DNA from: Candidatus Bathyarchaeota archaeon
Lineage (GTDB): Archaea > Thermoproteota > CALKCG01 > B24 > DRYS01
Assembly (NCBI GenBank): GCA_018396535.1
Contig: JAGTQC010000001.1
Location: 224,827 to 288,826 of the forward strand
Reading direction: 5' to 3'
DNA length: 64,000 nucleotides
The first letter of the stretch is position 1. Each line of letters opens with the position of its first letter. Below are positions 21,150-31,322 of this stretch, piece after piece. The notes beneath the pieces were generated by a model, which saw nothing but the letters and a program-made list of their open reading frames with translations, was not told the DNA's origin and ran no database searches. Position numbers and translations under genes: made by a program.

Positions 21150-22406
21150 CTAAGCCTTGTATCTTAGTATAGCAGCTATACCTCCAAAGCCTTTGAGCAG
21201 CATCTCTCCCTCCTCAGTTTCCGTGGATATCAGCTCTACGTTAACCTTATACTGTTCGGCTAATTCTATGAATTCGTCTGTAAGACTCTTCCACTCTTTA
21301 ATCCTCAGTGTCTGATTACCACAGGATGGACATTTCGATCTAGAAATCTCCGCTTCGAAAGCGAATCTATCAGCTTCATTTATCGTACGTCTATCTGTAT
21401 AACCACATACACTACACTCTACGGTAGCTCTAACCTTATCGATATTCTCTGATATGATTAGAGTATCTATTAATCCACGTGTTAGAAGGGATCTAACTTC
21501 CTCCTCTCCGTATGCTGCGAGTCCATCGCTTAACGTAACCTCCCTAAAGAATCTTTGTAGTATCCTTTTCTCCTCCATATGCCTTACACCTCTGAGTATA
21601 TCGATAGATTTACTTGCAACTTCTCGAAGACCTTCCTCACCGGTATAAGCTGTATCTATAACACCTACTACCTTCTTCTTTATCATATAGTTGAGGTAAT
21701 CCTTATCAAGGAATTCGTATTTAGTCGGTCCCGGTCCAGCTACCAATATACCCTTTATATCATCTCTACCTAGGAATAATTCATCAGCATATTTAGCTAC
21801 TCTTCGAAAGAATTCGTTAAGCTCCATCTCTCTAAGTCTCTCGAATCTACGTGCAGATTGGCCTCCAGCTCTATGTTTTCCAGGTATACCGGAGGTTATC
21901 TCTCGTATAAGCTCCATCCTCCTCCCAGATATTATACCGAAGCTAGCTTCGCTAGAGTCTATTATTATAACTCCGTAGGACTCCTTCTCTTTGAGGATAT
22001 CGTATAGCGGGTCTAAGTAGAATGTAGATGAACATCCATAGTATGATACATTGATAGGCTCCGGAGGTATTATCACATAGTCTTCAAGTTTTTCACTGCC
22101 TTCACCATTCTGAGGAATAGCCCCACAGAATATTACTAGACCATTCTCAGGCGTTTTCTTAAAATATTTAAGCTTCTGAATTACACGCTCTATAGCGGAT
22201 TGAACATTCTTCCTAGTTCTATCAGATTTTATATTAGAAGCCGTATTATACTCCTGCCATAAGTTGTTTATAACTTCGTGAATAGGCCTACCCGGGGGTA
22301 TGTATAGGCTTATAAGCTCAGTACCTCTACCAATCTTAGATTTAAGTTCTTCTAAGAGTTTTCTAAACCTGTAGTTCTCGAGAGAGTAGGATTTTATGCT
22401 GGACAT
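21150..22406 (-). CDS. prf1: Peptide chain release factor aRF1
   Basis: TASNIKS, YxC, GGQSARRF, GFGGIAAILRY; CxxC...CxxC insertion. Confidence 0.97.
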   Translation of the reverse strand: MSSIKSYSLENYRFRKLLEELKSKIGRGTELISLYIPPGRPIHEVINNLWQEYNTASNIKSDRTRKNVQSAIERVIQKLKYFKKTPENGLVIFCGAIPQNGEGSEKLEDYVIIPPEPINVSYYGCSSTFYLDPLYDILKEKESYGVIIIDSSEASFGIISGRRMELIREITSGIPGKHRAGGQSARRFERLREMELNEFFRRVAKYADELFLGRDDIKGILVAGPGPTKYEFLDKDYLNYMIKKKVVGVIDTAYTGEEGLREVASKSIDILRGVRHMEEKRILQRFFREVTLSDGLAAYGEEEVRSLLTRGLIDTLIISENIDKVRATVECSVCGYTDRRTINEADRFAFEAEISRSKCPSCGNQTLRIKEWKSLTDEFIELAEQYKVNVELISTETEEGEMLLKGFGGIAAILRYKA

Positions 22407-22495
22407 ACCTAGAACACTCCTCCAACTATCTTAGGCTATAGTGATGGTGAGAACGGTGGATAGCATAACCTTGCCGGAATAATGAATGGAATATA

Positions 22496-22508
22496 GCTTA
22501 TAAACTTT
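22496..22508 (-). promoter_or_regulatory. BRE/TATA box upstream of the aRF1 leader
   Basis: Minus strand AAAGTTTATAAG, about 30 nt upstream of the uORF ATG at 22466. Confidence 0.5.
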
Positions 22509-22509
22509 A

Positions 22510-23733
22510 CTATACCGTTTCGTAGAGCCATTCTATGAAGCTTTCAGTACTGTAGAATAGCTTCAAGATACTATCAGAGAATACCCATTTAACATTAACC
22601 TTCCTACCGAATAAGTCTTCAAGCCTACCTATCCAGCGGTATATCTCAACCCTTATATCCGAGAAGCTAGGTGTACCTGGACTACCAGTATAATATCCTA
22701 AGGCAGGATCCAATATCATTATCTTCCCATCTTTGAACGGTATATAGACAGCCATATGATCTGTAACTACTATACACTCAACTCTAAGTTTCCCTCTAAA
22801 GTAGGCTGAGAGCATACTAGCTAATAATATAGCTTGATCATCACAATCACCTTCTCTAAATGCTAACGTCTGGTTAGGATATTGCCACATATCCGATACA
22901 TATATTAATGGAAGGCTTGGATCTGATGGTAGCAGTGGATAGAGACCATCGCTTCTATATCTTACATTACCTATAACCCAGTCAAACATAGCTTTAATAT
23001 CCACAGCGATCTCGTCCAGATCGAGATAGCCGCTCCATCCGCCGGTAATCTGAAGCATAAGACTCTTAACTCTAAGATCGTTAGGTGTTATGAGGAGTAG
23101 ATCTTCTATCTTAGGATGTAGAGCATGAATATTAACTTCACCAGTAAGTTTTAGATAGTCTTTAATGAATAGTTCAAGCCTACCAGTAGATAGCCTAGCT
23201 TCTAGAGTTTTATAGCTTTCATCTAAGATCCTATATCCTTCCAGTAGAATTTCATAATCTCTCAACATAGATTTATAATTGTCAAATAAATCATTGTATG
23301 TATTATTTAATTTCTCATAATTTTCATATAGATGTAAAAGTGCATCTACAGTAGCATTATACTCACTATACAATATCCTATAACTTATGTTAAGTACCTC
23401 GATAGCCTCGATGAGCCTTTGATTATCTAAAAAGATACTTTGATAATCATGTAAAAGCCTCTGGTAATCGGAGAATAATGCCTCATATAAACTAGATAGC
23501 ATGGTATAGCTTGAATTTAATTTATGGTAATCTGATAGTAGAGAATCATACTTAGATTGCATCGATTCATAGTTAGATCTAAGATTTTCATACTCTAAAG
23601 ATCTAGCTTCATACATACTCTGCAGGATTGATACCCTACTATACAGTATTAAAGATGAAGCCGCTAATACGATGGCTATAACAGAAGCCAATATAGTACT
23701 CTTATCTACAATCAAACCTATACACCTAAACAC
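22510..23733 (-). CDS. Membrane-anchored coiled-coil protein with C-terminal transglutaminase-like domain
   Basis: N-terminal TM, about 150 aa of Tyr/Leu heptads, GDCDDQAILLASML...DH...LDP (Cys-His-Asp triad). Confidence 0.8.
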   Translation of the reverse strand: MFRCIGLIVDKSTILASVIAIVLAASSLILYSRVSILQSMYEARSLEYENLRSNYESMQSKYDSLLSDYHKLNSSYTMLSSLYEALFSDYQRLLHDYQSIFLDNQRLIEAIEVLNISYRILYSEYNATVDALLHLYENYEKLNNTYNDLFDNYKSMLRDYEILLEGYRILDESYKTLEARLSTGRLELFIKDYLKLTGEVNIHALHPKIEDLLLITPNDLRVKSLMLQITGGWSGYLDLDEIAVDIKAMFDWVIGNVRYRSDGLYPLLPSDPSLPLIYVSDMWQYPNQTLAFREGDCDDQAILLASMLSAYFRGKLRVECIVVTDHMAVYIPFKDGKIMILDPALGYYTGSPGTPSFSDIRVEIYRWIGRLEDLFGRKVNVKWVFSDSILKLFYSTESFIEWLYETV

Positions 23734-23917
23734 ATATAAACATTATAAGGATTTAAAGCTTAACAAAATACACTATATACTAAAGGAGATATCGTAAAAC
23801 ATCCAATAAAACCTAGAATATCTCATCCTAGTAGAAATACTAAACCCAGCCACCATAAAAACCTCATCCACACTAAACCTTTTATACGAATTCATCTCCA
23901 AATATACGATCGGAGAA

Positions 23918-24006
23918 GCCGGGGTCACCTAGCCTGGTAGGGTGCAGGCCTGCTAAGCCTGTGGCGCATATGCGCCGCGCGGGTTCAAATCCCGCCCCCG
24001 GCGCCA
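23918..24006 (+). tRNA. tRNA-Ser(GCU), CCA encoded
   Basis: GCCGGGG/CCCCGGC acceptor stem, CAGGC-CTGCTAA-GCCTG, long variable arm, TTCAAAT T-loop; TATA-like TTTTATA near 23880. Confidence 0.95.
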
Positions 24007-24012
24007 GTCTCT

Positions 24013-24027
24013 AGGGTTCAAATCCCT
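24013..24027 (+). repeat. Partial duplicate of the tRNA T-arm
   Basis: AGGGTTCAAATCCCT lies 6 nt after the tRNA-Ser CCA and shares 13 nt with its T-arm. Confidence 0.7.
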
Positions 24028-24189
24028 TCTCCTTTTAAATCCTGGGAAACGAGTTTAGCGTGAAGAATGAGATTATACGATTATGATGTCTTCGTAATTT
24101 TTCAAGTTAACATTTAGGAGAGCACTGCTATCTATGACATCATATGAGTAGCGGTTTGCCGATACTAGGAGGGGGTTAAAGATTGTTTA

Positions 24190-24843
24190 TTACACGCTTA
24201 TATCTGGCGGTGGTGGAGGTCTTAGGGATAGATAGAAGTATACTGCTGAAACTGTGAATACGGCGTTTAGGAGCCAGCTTACTATAGACCCGATATATGG
24301 ACCGATTATCGGGATTATCGAAAAGCCATATGAGAATACTGCGCTTGCAACTATCACTAATAATATGAAGATTATTACTTCTCCAAGATTTTTAATAACA
24401 AAATCGAACGCCCTCTTCACGCTTTCTACAGCATTTAACCTCTCTGTTATAGCTATAACTACAATAAAGATTCCTACTGGAAGTAGTATGACTGTTATAC
24501 TACATAGTGCTGCTATTATAGCTACTATGATTAATACAGCGATTCTACTTATCACTAGATTTAAACTTCTTCTTAGATCTAACGGGCGGTTGTTAATTAC
24601 ATCGTTAGCCATATCTACAAGCATGCATCCCGCTATGAAACCAAGGATAGCAGCGATCAATGAGCCAAAAAGGCTTATGAACGGATTTGGTGTTTCAAAA
24701 TGGTAATATCTTATCGGGAATATATATGCTAACGCATCGAAGAATAGATGTACGATAATAGGAATAATAAATGGAGCGAATAATACTGGATTCTTTACCG
24801 ATATATCTATACCCTTTGAAATAGCTTCTATCGATTTTGACAT
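24190..24843 (-). CDS. Hypothetical multi-pass membrane protein with C-terminal poly-Pro
   Basis: About 5 TM segments, AVESVKRAFDFVIKN linker, ends RPPPPPDISV. Confidence 0.75.
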   Translation of the reverse strand: MSKSIEAISKGIDISVKNPVLFAPFIIPIIVHLFFDALAYIFPIRYYHFETPNPFISLFGSLIAAILGFIAGCMLVDMANDVINNRPLDLRRSLNLVISRIAVLIIVAIIAALCSITVILLPVGIFIVVIAITERLNAVESVKRAFDFVIKNLGEVIIFILLVIVASAVFSYGFSIIPIIGPYIGSIVSWLLNAVFTVSAVYFYLSLRPPPPPDISV

Positions 24844-25316
24844 AGACTTTATTTTGCTACCTCGCTCCTTATAAATATATCGAATCCCGCAGCTGGGATA
24901 GGGGGTGAGCCAGCTTAGATTATTACAAAGCTTTCGATGAAAGGGATTCTGTTAAACTAATACTCTTGCTATTAGAGTAGAAGGTATGGGATATCCATCT
25001 ACAATAGTATTGTGGTAATGTGCTGATCTACCGTGTATATCTTCCTATTCTCTTTCTGCTTAGATAACTTTTATCTTTGTTTGAAATCAATGTTTTGCTA
25101 TCAATTATAAAGACTAAACTAAATCTTAACCAGAGTGTTAGCTATGTTAGATTAAGAAACGGATTCGGAAATAAGTAGTAAGCGTGGACTAAAGATGCTA
25201 TATTGAAGGTCGAAAATACCTTATCGAGTTACAGATGCTAAAGAGTACAGATACTAGAGTATATCATGGAGAATCATAAAAGCTATAATCGAGGAATCTA
25301 GAAAATATGTTAGAAA

Positions 25317-25736
25317 ATGATGGTTAAATTGAAGGGGAGGCTTTTTAGACTACTCTTAGAGGAGGTTAGGAGAAGGTATCCGATCGAAGCGTGCGGTATC
25401 CTATTCGGATATGTAAATAGCGACGAAGTACGTATAGAGGTTGCAGTATTTCTTAGGAATATGCTAGAATCTGAGTTTATGTTTCAGATAGATCCTGAGG
25501 AGCTTCTTAAGGTATTGATAGAATATGAGGGGAGGGGTTTAAGCCATATAGGCTTCTTCCACTCTCATCCAAGATGTAGTAAACCCTCTACGATGGATCT
25601 AAGGTATATGAAGCTATGGCCAGGGAGTATATGGGTCATAGTATCGTGTAGAGAATCTAGGATGGAAGCCTACCGGGTTATCGATGGATGCTTAGAAAAG
25701 GCTACGATCGTAATAGAGGATGATAATATAGTATAG
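25317..25736 (+). CDS. JAMM/MPN+ (Mov34, M67) metalloprotease
   Basis: PIEACGIL; FFHSHPxxxxPSxxD JAMM motif. Confidence 0.9.
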   Translation: MMVKLKGRLFRLLLEEVRRRYPIEACGILFGYVNSDEVRIEVAVFLRNMLESEFMFQIDPEELLKVLIEYEGRGLSHIGFFHSHPRCSKPSTMDLRYMKLWPGSIWVIVSCRESRMEAYRVIDGCLEKATIVIEDDNIV

Positions 25737-26413
25737 CCAACCTAGGTTTTCTTCAACCCTGGTTCTACCTTTCGAGAATAGGATTTAAATAGTAATGCTA
25801 AAAGTTGAAGTTGCTGAACCCATTCTATCTCAGACTCTAGTATCGTAAGCTTGTAGGTAACTATATTCTTAGGGATCTTTAGATCGTATACTTCAGGCTC
25901 TGCTTTCCCCACTTAAACTATAGTTAACGTCGAGAATAGGGGTATGCTACCTAATTCTATGCTGAATTTGTAGGAGATGCTTATGGACAGATCGATTATC
26001 GATATGGTTGCATCGCTACCCCTGATGGATCCACATCCACGTATTGATGCATCTCCACCTCCCTTAGCCACCCCTTCCTTAGGCTCTATGAGTATAGAGA
26101 AATCGAAGAGCTATGTGGGGATAGGGTTTATATTTATATATGGTGATATCCGAAGATCCCCCATTGTATAATGACTTATTAGCATCTAAGCCTAAGCTAT
26201 CAGCTGAATAACATCCATCTACTCGATACTCGCCACTGCTGTTAGATCCTCTATCAAAATATATGGCGTGGAGTGGGTATGCTACTTGGCAGAATTGGAT
26301 AGCATAATTTCGGGATCCCCCCTTCATAAATGTGGAACCGGATATTATGCTCTATAACTGTTGGTAGAAAGTATTTTAAGGCTGAGTATGTCTAGTTGGG
26401 TTAGTGGTTATTC

Positions 26414-26782
26414 ATGGTGAAGGTTTTCGGATACCGGGATGTAGCTACAGAGAGTGTTGAGGGGGGTGCCTTCTGCTATAGAGCTGAGGTTCAACGCTTC
26501 ATAACTGGAGATGTATCGAAGGATTTCAGAGCGTTTATAGTCCATTTCCCAGCTGGACATAGGACTAGATGGCATAAGCATAGTAGTGATCAGATACTCT
26601 ACATAATAGATGGGGTAGGGGTAGTAGCGGATGAGAGTAGGGAGTACGAGGTAGTACCTGGGATGCTTGTACTGATACCTGCTGGGGAGAGGCATTGGCA
26701 CGGAGCTAGAAGGGATTGTCGTTTAACGCATCTAATGATACTTAGAGCTGATTCGAAGGAAGAAATGTTTGAGTGCCCGTAG
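26414..26782 (+). CDS. Cupin domain protein
   Basis: WHKH...DQILY...G; IPAGERHWHGA. Confidence 0.88.
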   Translation: MVKVFGYRDVATESVEGGAFCYRAEVQRFITGDVSKDFRAFIVHFPAGHRTRWHKHSSDQILYIIDGVGVVADESREYEVVPGMLVLIPAGERHWHGARRDCRLTHLMILRADSKEEMFECP

Positions 26783-27080
26783 AGGAGGAGCCTATCTAAC
26801 ATGGATCCTCCGCTCTGAATATCTACATAGTCTAAGGCTTAGATTAGGTCTTCTATATCCATGGATTAGACCCCGATAATTTTTTAGAACCCATCATAGA
26901 TCTAGCTCTTCAATAGTCATGCTTAGCGTACTTATCCTTATCCATAGAATTGCCGATGATATCGTAACCTTATCGATGTAACAGACCTATCTCTTAGATG
27001 CTCCTAAGCTTTATGAGTATGGAGTATATTTTTAACATAAATAATTTATTTGCTAAGTATTGTAGTATTACTAGAATATA

Positions 27081-27545
27081 CTAAAGTTTAACTTTAAACT
27101 CTTTAGTTAGAGGTATATTTTTAACATAACGTGTACTAGCCAGTATATGTATGTATATCGTGAATTCGTTTAATGCTATATACCTAGATAATCCTCTACT
27201 AACTATTCTGAATTTCTCTGTTATATTCGAGTTTGGAGATAAAGTTAGTTGTTTCAGTTCGTATTCCTTATATAATCCGCCTAGATATACACCATACCTT
27301 TCTAGTGTTACACCTAGCCTCATTATATGTATGTATTCATCTGAGGTGTTGATAATATTTACTGATATCTCTAAGGTATCTTCATCTTCTATATTTAATT
27401 TTCGTATTTCAAATACTATATTTATTATATCTTTAACCTCTACTCCATAGTTAACAGTAATATAGTAAAGCTTGATAGCTGACCAGCTAGATATAAAAAT
27501 GAAGAGTACTGCTATTAAGAGTTTCAGAATAGATCTAGGTTTCAA
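27081..27545 (-). CDS. Hypothetical membrane-anchored protein, possible LEA-2/Ig-like domain
   Basis: N-terminal TM followed by beta-rich LEISVNIINTS...LTLSPNS. Confidence 0.55.
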   Translation of the reverse strand: MKPRSILKLLIAVLFIFISSWSAIKLYYITVNYGVEVKDIINIVFEIRKLNIEDEDTLEISVNIINTSDEYIHIMRLGVTLERYGVYLGGLYKEYELKQLTLSPNSNITEKFRIVSRGLSRYIALNEFTIYIHILASTRYVKNIPLTKEFKVKL

Positions 27546-27600
27546 ACAGCTTCGAATATCATCCTAACTTTTAAACTTATATATTTATCGTATATATTTA

Positions 27601-28002
27601 GTGATCTATAAAGGTATGAATAGGTTTAAGGAGACTATATATCTTACCACTCTATCTATTCTAGCCTCTATACCAATAACGCTTAGACTAGTAGAATTAT
27701 ACCTAGGTTTATCTAGCCTAGTTTCCTGCATTATAACGGTTACACTTCTATACCTTCTTCTAGGCGCCTTGATAAGAGATATCAAGCATACATTACTATG
27801 CCTAATTGTGTCTATACTTCTACCCCTTCCGATAGGGGCTGCGATCCTCACGTATCAGCTGGTAATCTTAACTTTACCTCTATACGATACTTACATATTC
27901 ATGCTCTACACATTTGTATCGAAATTCATCGTAATAATCATACTGGTATTCGTACCACTAGCTATATTGTCCAGCATGTTGGGGGGTAGCATTATACGAT
28001 AG
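27601..28002 (+). CDS. Hypothetical 4-TM membrane protein
   Basis: Highly hydrophobic 133-aa ORF. Confidence 0.6.
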   Translation: MIYKGMNRFKETIYLTTLSILASIPITLRLVELYLGLSSLVSCIITVTLLYLLLGALIRDIKHTLLCLIVSILLPLPIGAAILTYQLVILTLPLYDTYIFMLYTFVSKFIVIIILVFVPLAILSSMLGGSIIR

Positions 28003-28013
28003 GTTTATCGGAG

Positions 28014-28027
28014 AATAAAAAAAGAAA
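28014..28027 (-). terminator. U-rich terminator after the substrate-binding protein gene
   Basis: Minus strand TTTCTTTTTTTATT just past the stop codon. Confidence 0.5.
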
Positions 28028-28043
28028 TGATAGGGGGTTAAAG

Positions 28044-30407
28044 CTACCTCGAAGGTTTTCTTAAGAGCGAGACGATAGATACGACTAACGTTATCACGAC
28101 AACGGCTATAACTGCATAGGATATCGTCGATATCGCTACGAGATCTCCTCTTAGAGCAGATATATCGGCTCTAAGCCCTGCTATATCTGTCGATGTAGCA
28201 AGCCCTGCCACCTTATCAGATAGGGTTGCTATGGCAGTCTTCAAATCTCCGATAGACTTGGATAGAGCTTTCACATCGTCAGATAACGTCGTTAGCTTAG
28301 CCGATATTGTTTCTAGCCTATCTAGTATCTCTTCTATCTCCGGTATCGTAACAGGGGTTATAGGAGTATATGTGCCTATAACTGTTGTTATTACACCCTC
28401 CTTAACTTCGACTATCTCTGGGGATGGCGCGATATATCCTTCTATAGGCTTAAACTCTATCAGATACCTACCTACAACAACCTCTTTTACTACAGGTGCT
28501 ATACCCCAAGATTCTCCATTAACGATTACCTCAGCTTTAACCGGTGTTGTATCTATAGTTAATATACCCTTCTTTATCGCTAATACAGCTGCTAGATCCT
28601 CGAATATCTTTGTAGTAGGTATGCGTAGATTGTAAATCCATGATGGAACGGTGGGGGTCTCCCCTGCCTTAGCTAGACAGAATATGACTGGTAGGTTATC
28701 TGGATAGTTCCACGGATATGGTGACAGCCATCTTGGATCCTCTTCGCAAGGCCATCCAACCCATCGATCGGTTCTGAACTCATACCAAGCTGCACCGTAG
28801 AATAACGGGATAGCTGGAATATCCTTCAGGAATATCTCCTGCAATTTACTATAGATCCCTTTAAGCTTTACAGGATCGGTTTCCTTAGCTGCAGCATCTA
28901 TAAGCGATATGACCTCCCAGTTTATATAACGCTCCCAGTTTCCTGCTGGATAATCTTCGCCAACTGGTCCTGTGAGTCTTGGATCCATTATCCATCTGAA
29001 GGCGTTCCATGGATGATCGAATCCCATACCTCCATCCCATGAGATAACTAGATCGAACTGACCCTTAATTAAGCGATCCCACCAAACCGAGAAGTCTGGG
29101 AAGTATGTTGTACAATCTATACCTATAGATTGTAGGTTTGTCGCTATCATATCGCACATCATCATCCAATCAGTCCAACCGTAGGGAACGCTTATGGTGA
29201 ACGGGCCGAGCTTAGTTCCATCAGGCATCTCCCTTATTCCATCACCATTTCTATCGATTATACCAGCTTCATCTAGGATCCTCTTGGCTTCAGCTAGATT
29301 ATATTCGAACCCATACTTCTTAACTAATTCTTCATCTATCCATTTAGCGTAGGCGGGGATCGTATGTATTATCGGGACTGGCGCTGCTCTAACACTATAG
29401 TTGAAGTATGCTTTAGATACTAGTTCATCATACGGTATCGCATAAGCTATAGCTTTACGTATAGCTACAACTGTTAACGGATACTTCGCATAGTTGATGT
29501 AGAGATTTACTATACCTGAACCTATATAGTATGGCGGGTTAGCGTAGTATGTTCTAACTGGCAGACCTTTAACCTTCCACATATCGTAGATCGCTGCGAA
29601 GAAGTGTCCAGCTGCATCCATTACACCTTCTTCGAATCCGAGAGCGGCGGCTACATTATCCCTGAAAACCTTATGTGCTATATACTTAGGTCTAGGTAGG
29701 CCGAAGATATCTTTACCCCACCAGTTATCGACTCTTTCATAGTACCAGATATCTTCACTCCATGTTAAAAGCCTGTATGGCCCCCCACCGATTATCTTAG
29801 CGGGATCGTCATCCCTAAACTCTGTTACGATCTTCATACCCAACGTCTTCTCAAGCGGCTCCCACCTATGTTTAGGTAGTATTATACCGCTATTCGAGCC
29901 GTGAAGTAATCCTACAAGCTGGAAGTAGTTCAACTTCTCCTCGCTAGTGATGAATCTTACAGTTTTACTATCTACGGCTACAACCTTCTCCAAGTAATCC
30001 CATACAGGTGATAGCCATCCTATAACATACTTCTTACCAAGCTCGAACGTGAATACTACATCGTCTGCTGTTATTGGGGTGCCATCCCACCATTTGGCTT
30101 CAGGTCTGATTTTAACTTCTAGAGTATATTTATCGATCCATCTATAGCCTTCCGCTAGGTATGGAATCCAAACATCGTCACGTGTGCTATAGAAGAATAG
30201 TGATGGGTACATCATGAATGTACCCCAAGCTGTGGATGGCAGTAATGGATTCCAACCTGGAGGCGGACCCCATGCATCTGAGATTATGAGAGTCTCCTCT
30301 CTAGGTATCTGTTGAGCTACGTTGATGCTAGAATAGCTGGCTATTGACAGAAGGAATAGTAGAATGGCGAGTAGCGCTAAACCTGATTTCATCTTGCATG
30401 TTTTCAA
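28044..30407 (-). CDS. Family 5 ABC substrate-binding protein (likely beta-oligosaccharide), with PEGA domain, coiled coil and C-terminal TM anchor
   Basis: Signal peptide, KWWDGTPITADDVVFTF, PYGWTDW; PEGA-like IDTTPVKAEVIVNG; heptads; TM. Confidence 0.88.
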   Translation of the reverse strand: MKTCKMKSGLALLAILLFLLSIASYSSINVAQQIPREETLIISDAWGPPPGWNPLLPSTAWGTFMMYPSLFFYSTRDDVWIPYLAEGYRWIDKYTLEVKIRPEAKWWDGTPITADDVVFTFELGKKYVIGWLSPVWDYLEKVVAVDSKTVRFITSEEKLNYFQLVGLLHGSNSGIILPKHRWEPLEKTLGMKIVTEFRDDDPAKIIGGGPYRLLTWSEDIWYYERVDNWWGKDIFGLPRPKYIAHKVFRDNVAAALGFEEGVMDAAGHFFAAIYDMWKVKGLPVRTYYANPPYYIGSGIVNLYINYAKYPLTVVAIRKAIAYAIPYDELVSKAYFNYSVRAAPVPIIHTIPAYAKWIDEELVKKYGFEYNLAEAKRILDEAGIIDRNGDGIREMPDGTKLGPFTISVPYGWTDWMMMCDMIATNLQSIGIDCTTYFPDFSVWWDRLIKGQFDLVISWDGGMGFDHPWNAFRWIMDPRLTGPVGEDYPAGNWERYINWEVISLIDAAAKETDPVKLKGIYSKLQEIFLKDIPAIPLFYGAAWYEFRTDRWVGWPCEEDPRWLSPYPWNYPDNLPVIFCLAKAGETPTVPSWIYNLRIPTTKIFEDLAAVLAIKKGILTIDTTPVKAEVIVNGESWGIAPVVKEVVVGRYLIEFKPIEGYIAPSPEIVEVKEGVITTVIGTYTPITPVTIPEIEEILDRLETISAKLTTLSDDVKALSKSIGDLKTAIATLSDKVAGLATSTDIAGLRADISALRGDLVAISTISYAVIAVVVITLVVSIVSLLRKPSR

Positions 30408-30514
30408 GAATTTCCCCGATTAAGATTGTAGGATTGCTAACCTATATAAATATTTAGTTCTATAGTAATAATCATAACTACCATTAATTACGTAGTATAA
30501 GTTTAGAAGTGGTG

Positions 30515-31309
30515 TTAGAATCCACTCCATTTACGATATAGCAGAGGTACATCTTCTCTAAGCTTTCTAGTGTATGGGTGCTGCGGATTTTCCATAACCT
30601 CTTCTGGAGAACCTTCTTCTACTATCTCCCCTCTATACATGATCATTATCCTATCACTCACATAGTATGCTAACCCTAGATCATGTGTTATGAAGATGAC
30701 AGATGTTCCATACTCATCTCTTAATCTAGAAAATAGGTTTAATACTCCTGCACGTGTAGATGCATCTATCATACTTACAGGTTCATCTGCTAATATCAAT
30801 CTAGGTTTTAGAAGATAGCATCTAGCCACCATTATCCTCTGTCTTTGCCCACCGCTAAGTTCATGAGGATAGCGACCGAGTACTTCATCAGGTCTGAGGC
30901 CAACCTCTTTCAGAGCTTCTCTTATCAAGCTTTCTCTATCAGCTCCGATATCACCTATAAGGTTGAATACCTGGTTTAAGACTCTATCTATCCTGTATAG
31001 TGGGTTGTAGGATGCGAAAGGATCTTGGAATATACCGTGAACCTGCCGCCAGTACCACTTTAAATCTTCCATCTTTTTGAGAGACCATACGTCTCTTCCT
31101 TGAAATCTTATCGATCCCGAGGTAGGCTTTAATAATCTGAGTATCATTCTAGCTGTAGTAGTTTTACCAGATCCACTCTCACCTACTAGTGATATGAACT
31201 CCTTCTCGCTAACTCTGAACGATATATTGTTAACTGCGAGTATCTCCTTCTTTCTGAGTAATCCTACCACGTATATCTTAGTTAGATTTTCTACTTCTAG
31301 TATGACCAT
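30515..31309 (-). CDS. Opp/Dpp ABC ATPase (OppF-like)
   Basis: GESGSGKT, LSGGQRQR, DEP, HPYT. Confidence 0.92.
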   Translation of the reverse strand: MVILEVENLTKIYVVGLLRKKEILAVNNISFRVSEKEFISLVGESGSGKTTTARMILRLLKPTSGSIRFQGRDVWSLKKMEDLKWYWRQVHGIFQDPFASYNPLYRIDRVLNQVFNLIGDIGADRESLIREALKEVGLRPDEVLGRYPHELSGGQRQRIMVARCYLLKPRLILADEPVSMIDASTRAGVLNLFSRLRDEYGTSVIFITHDLGLAYYVSDRIMIMYRGEIVEEGSPEEVMENPQHPYTRKLREDVPLLYRKWSGF

Positions 31310-31322
31310 GTATAAGCCTCCA

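Noticed and set aside
21320-21420. CxxC...CxxC insertion in aRF1
   Set aside because: A known feature of many archaeal aRF1 proteins
25977-26327. Short ORFs 25977-26171 (+) and 26079-26327 (-)
   Set aside because: They overlap, have no motifs and atypical composition
26790-27080. Possible gene relic or ncRNA between the cupin and the next gene
   Set aside because: No continuous frame or stable structure that I could support
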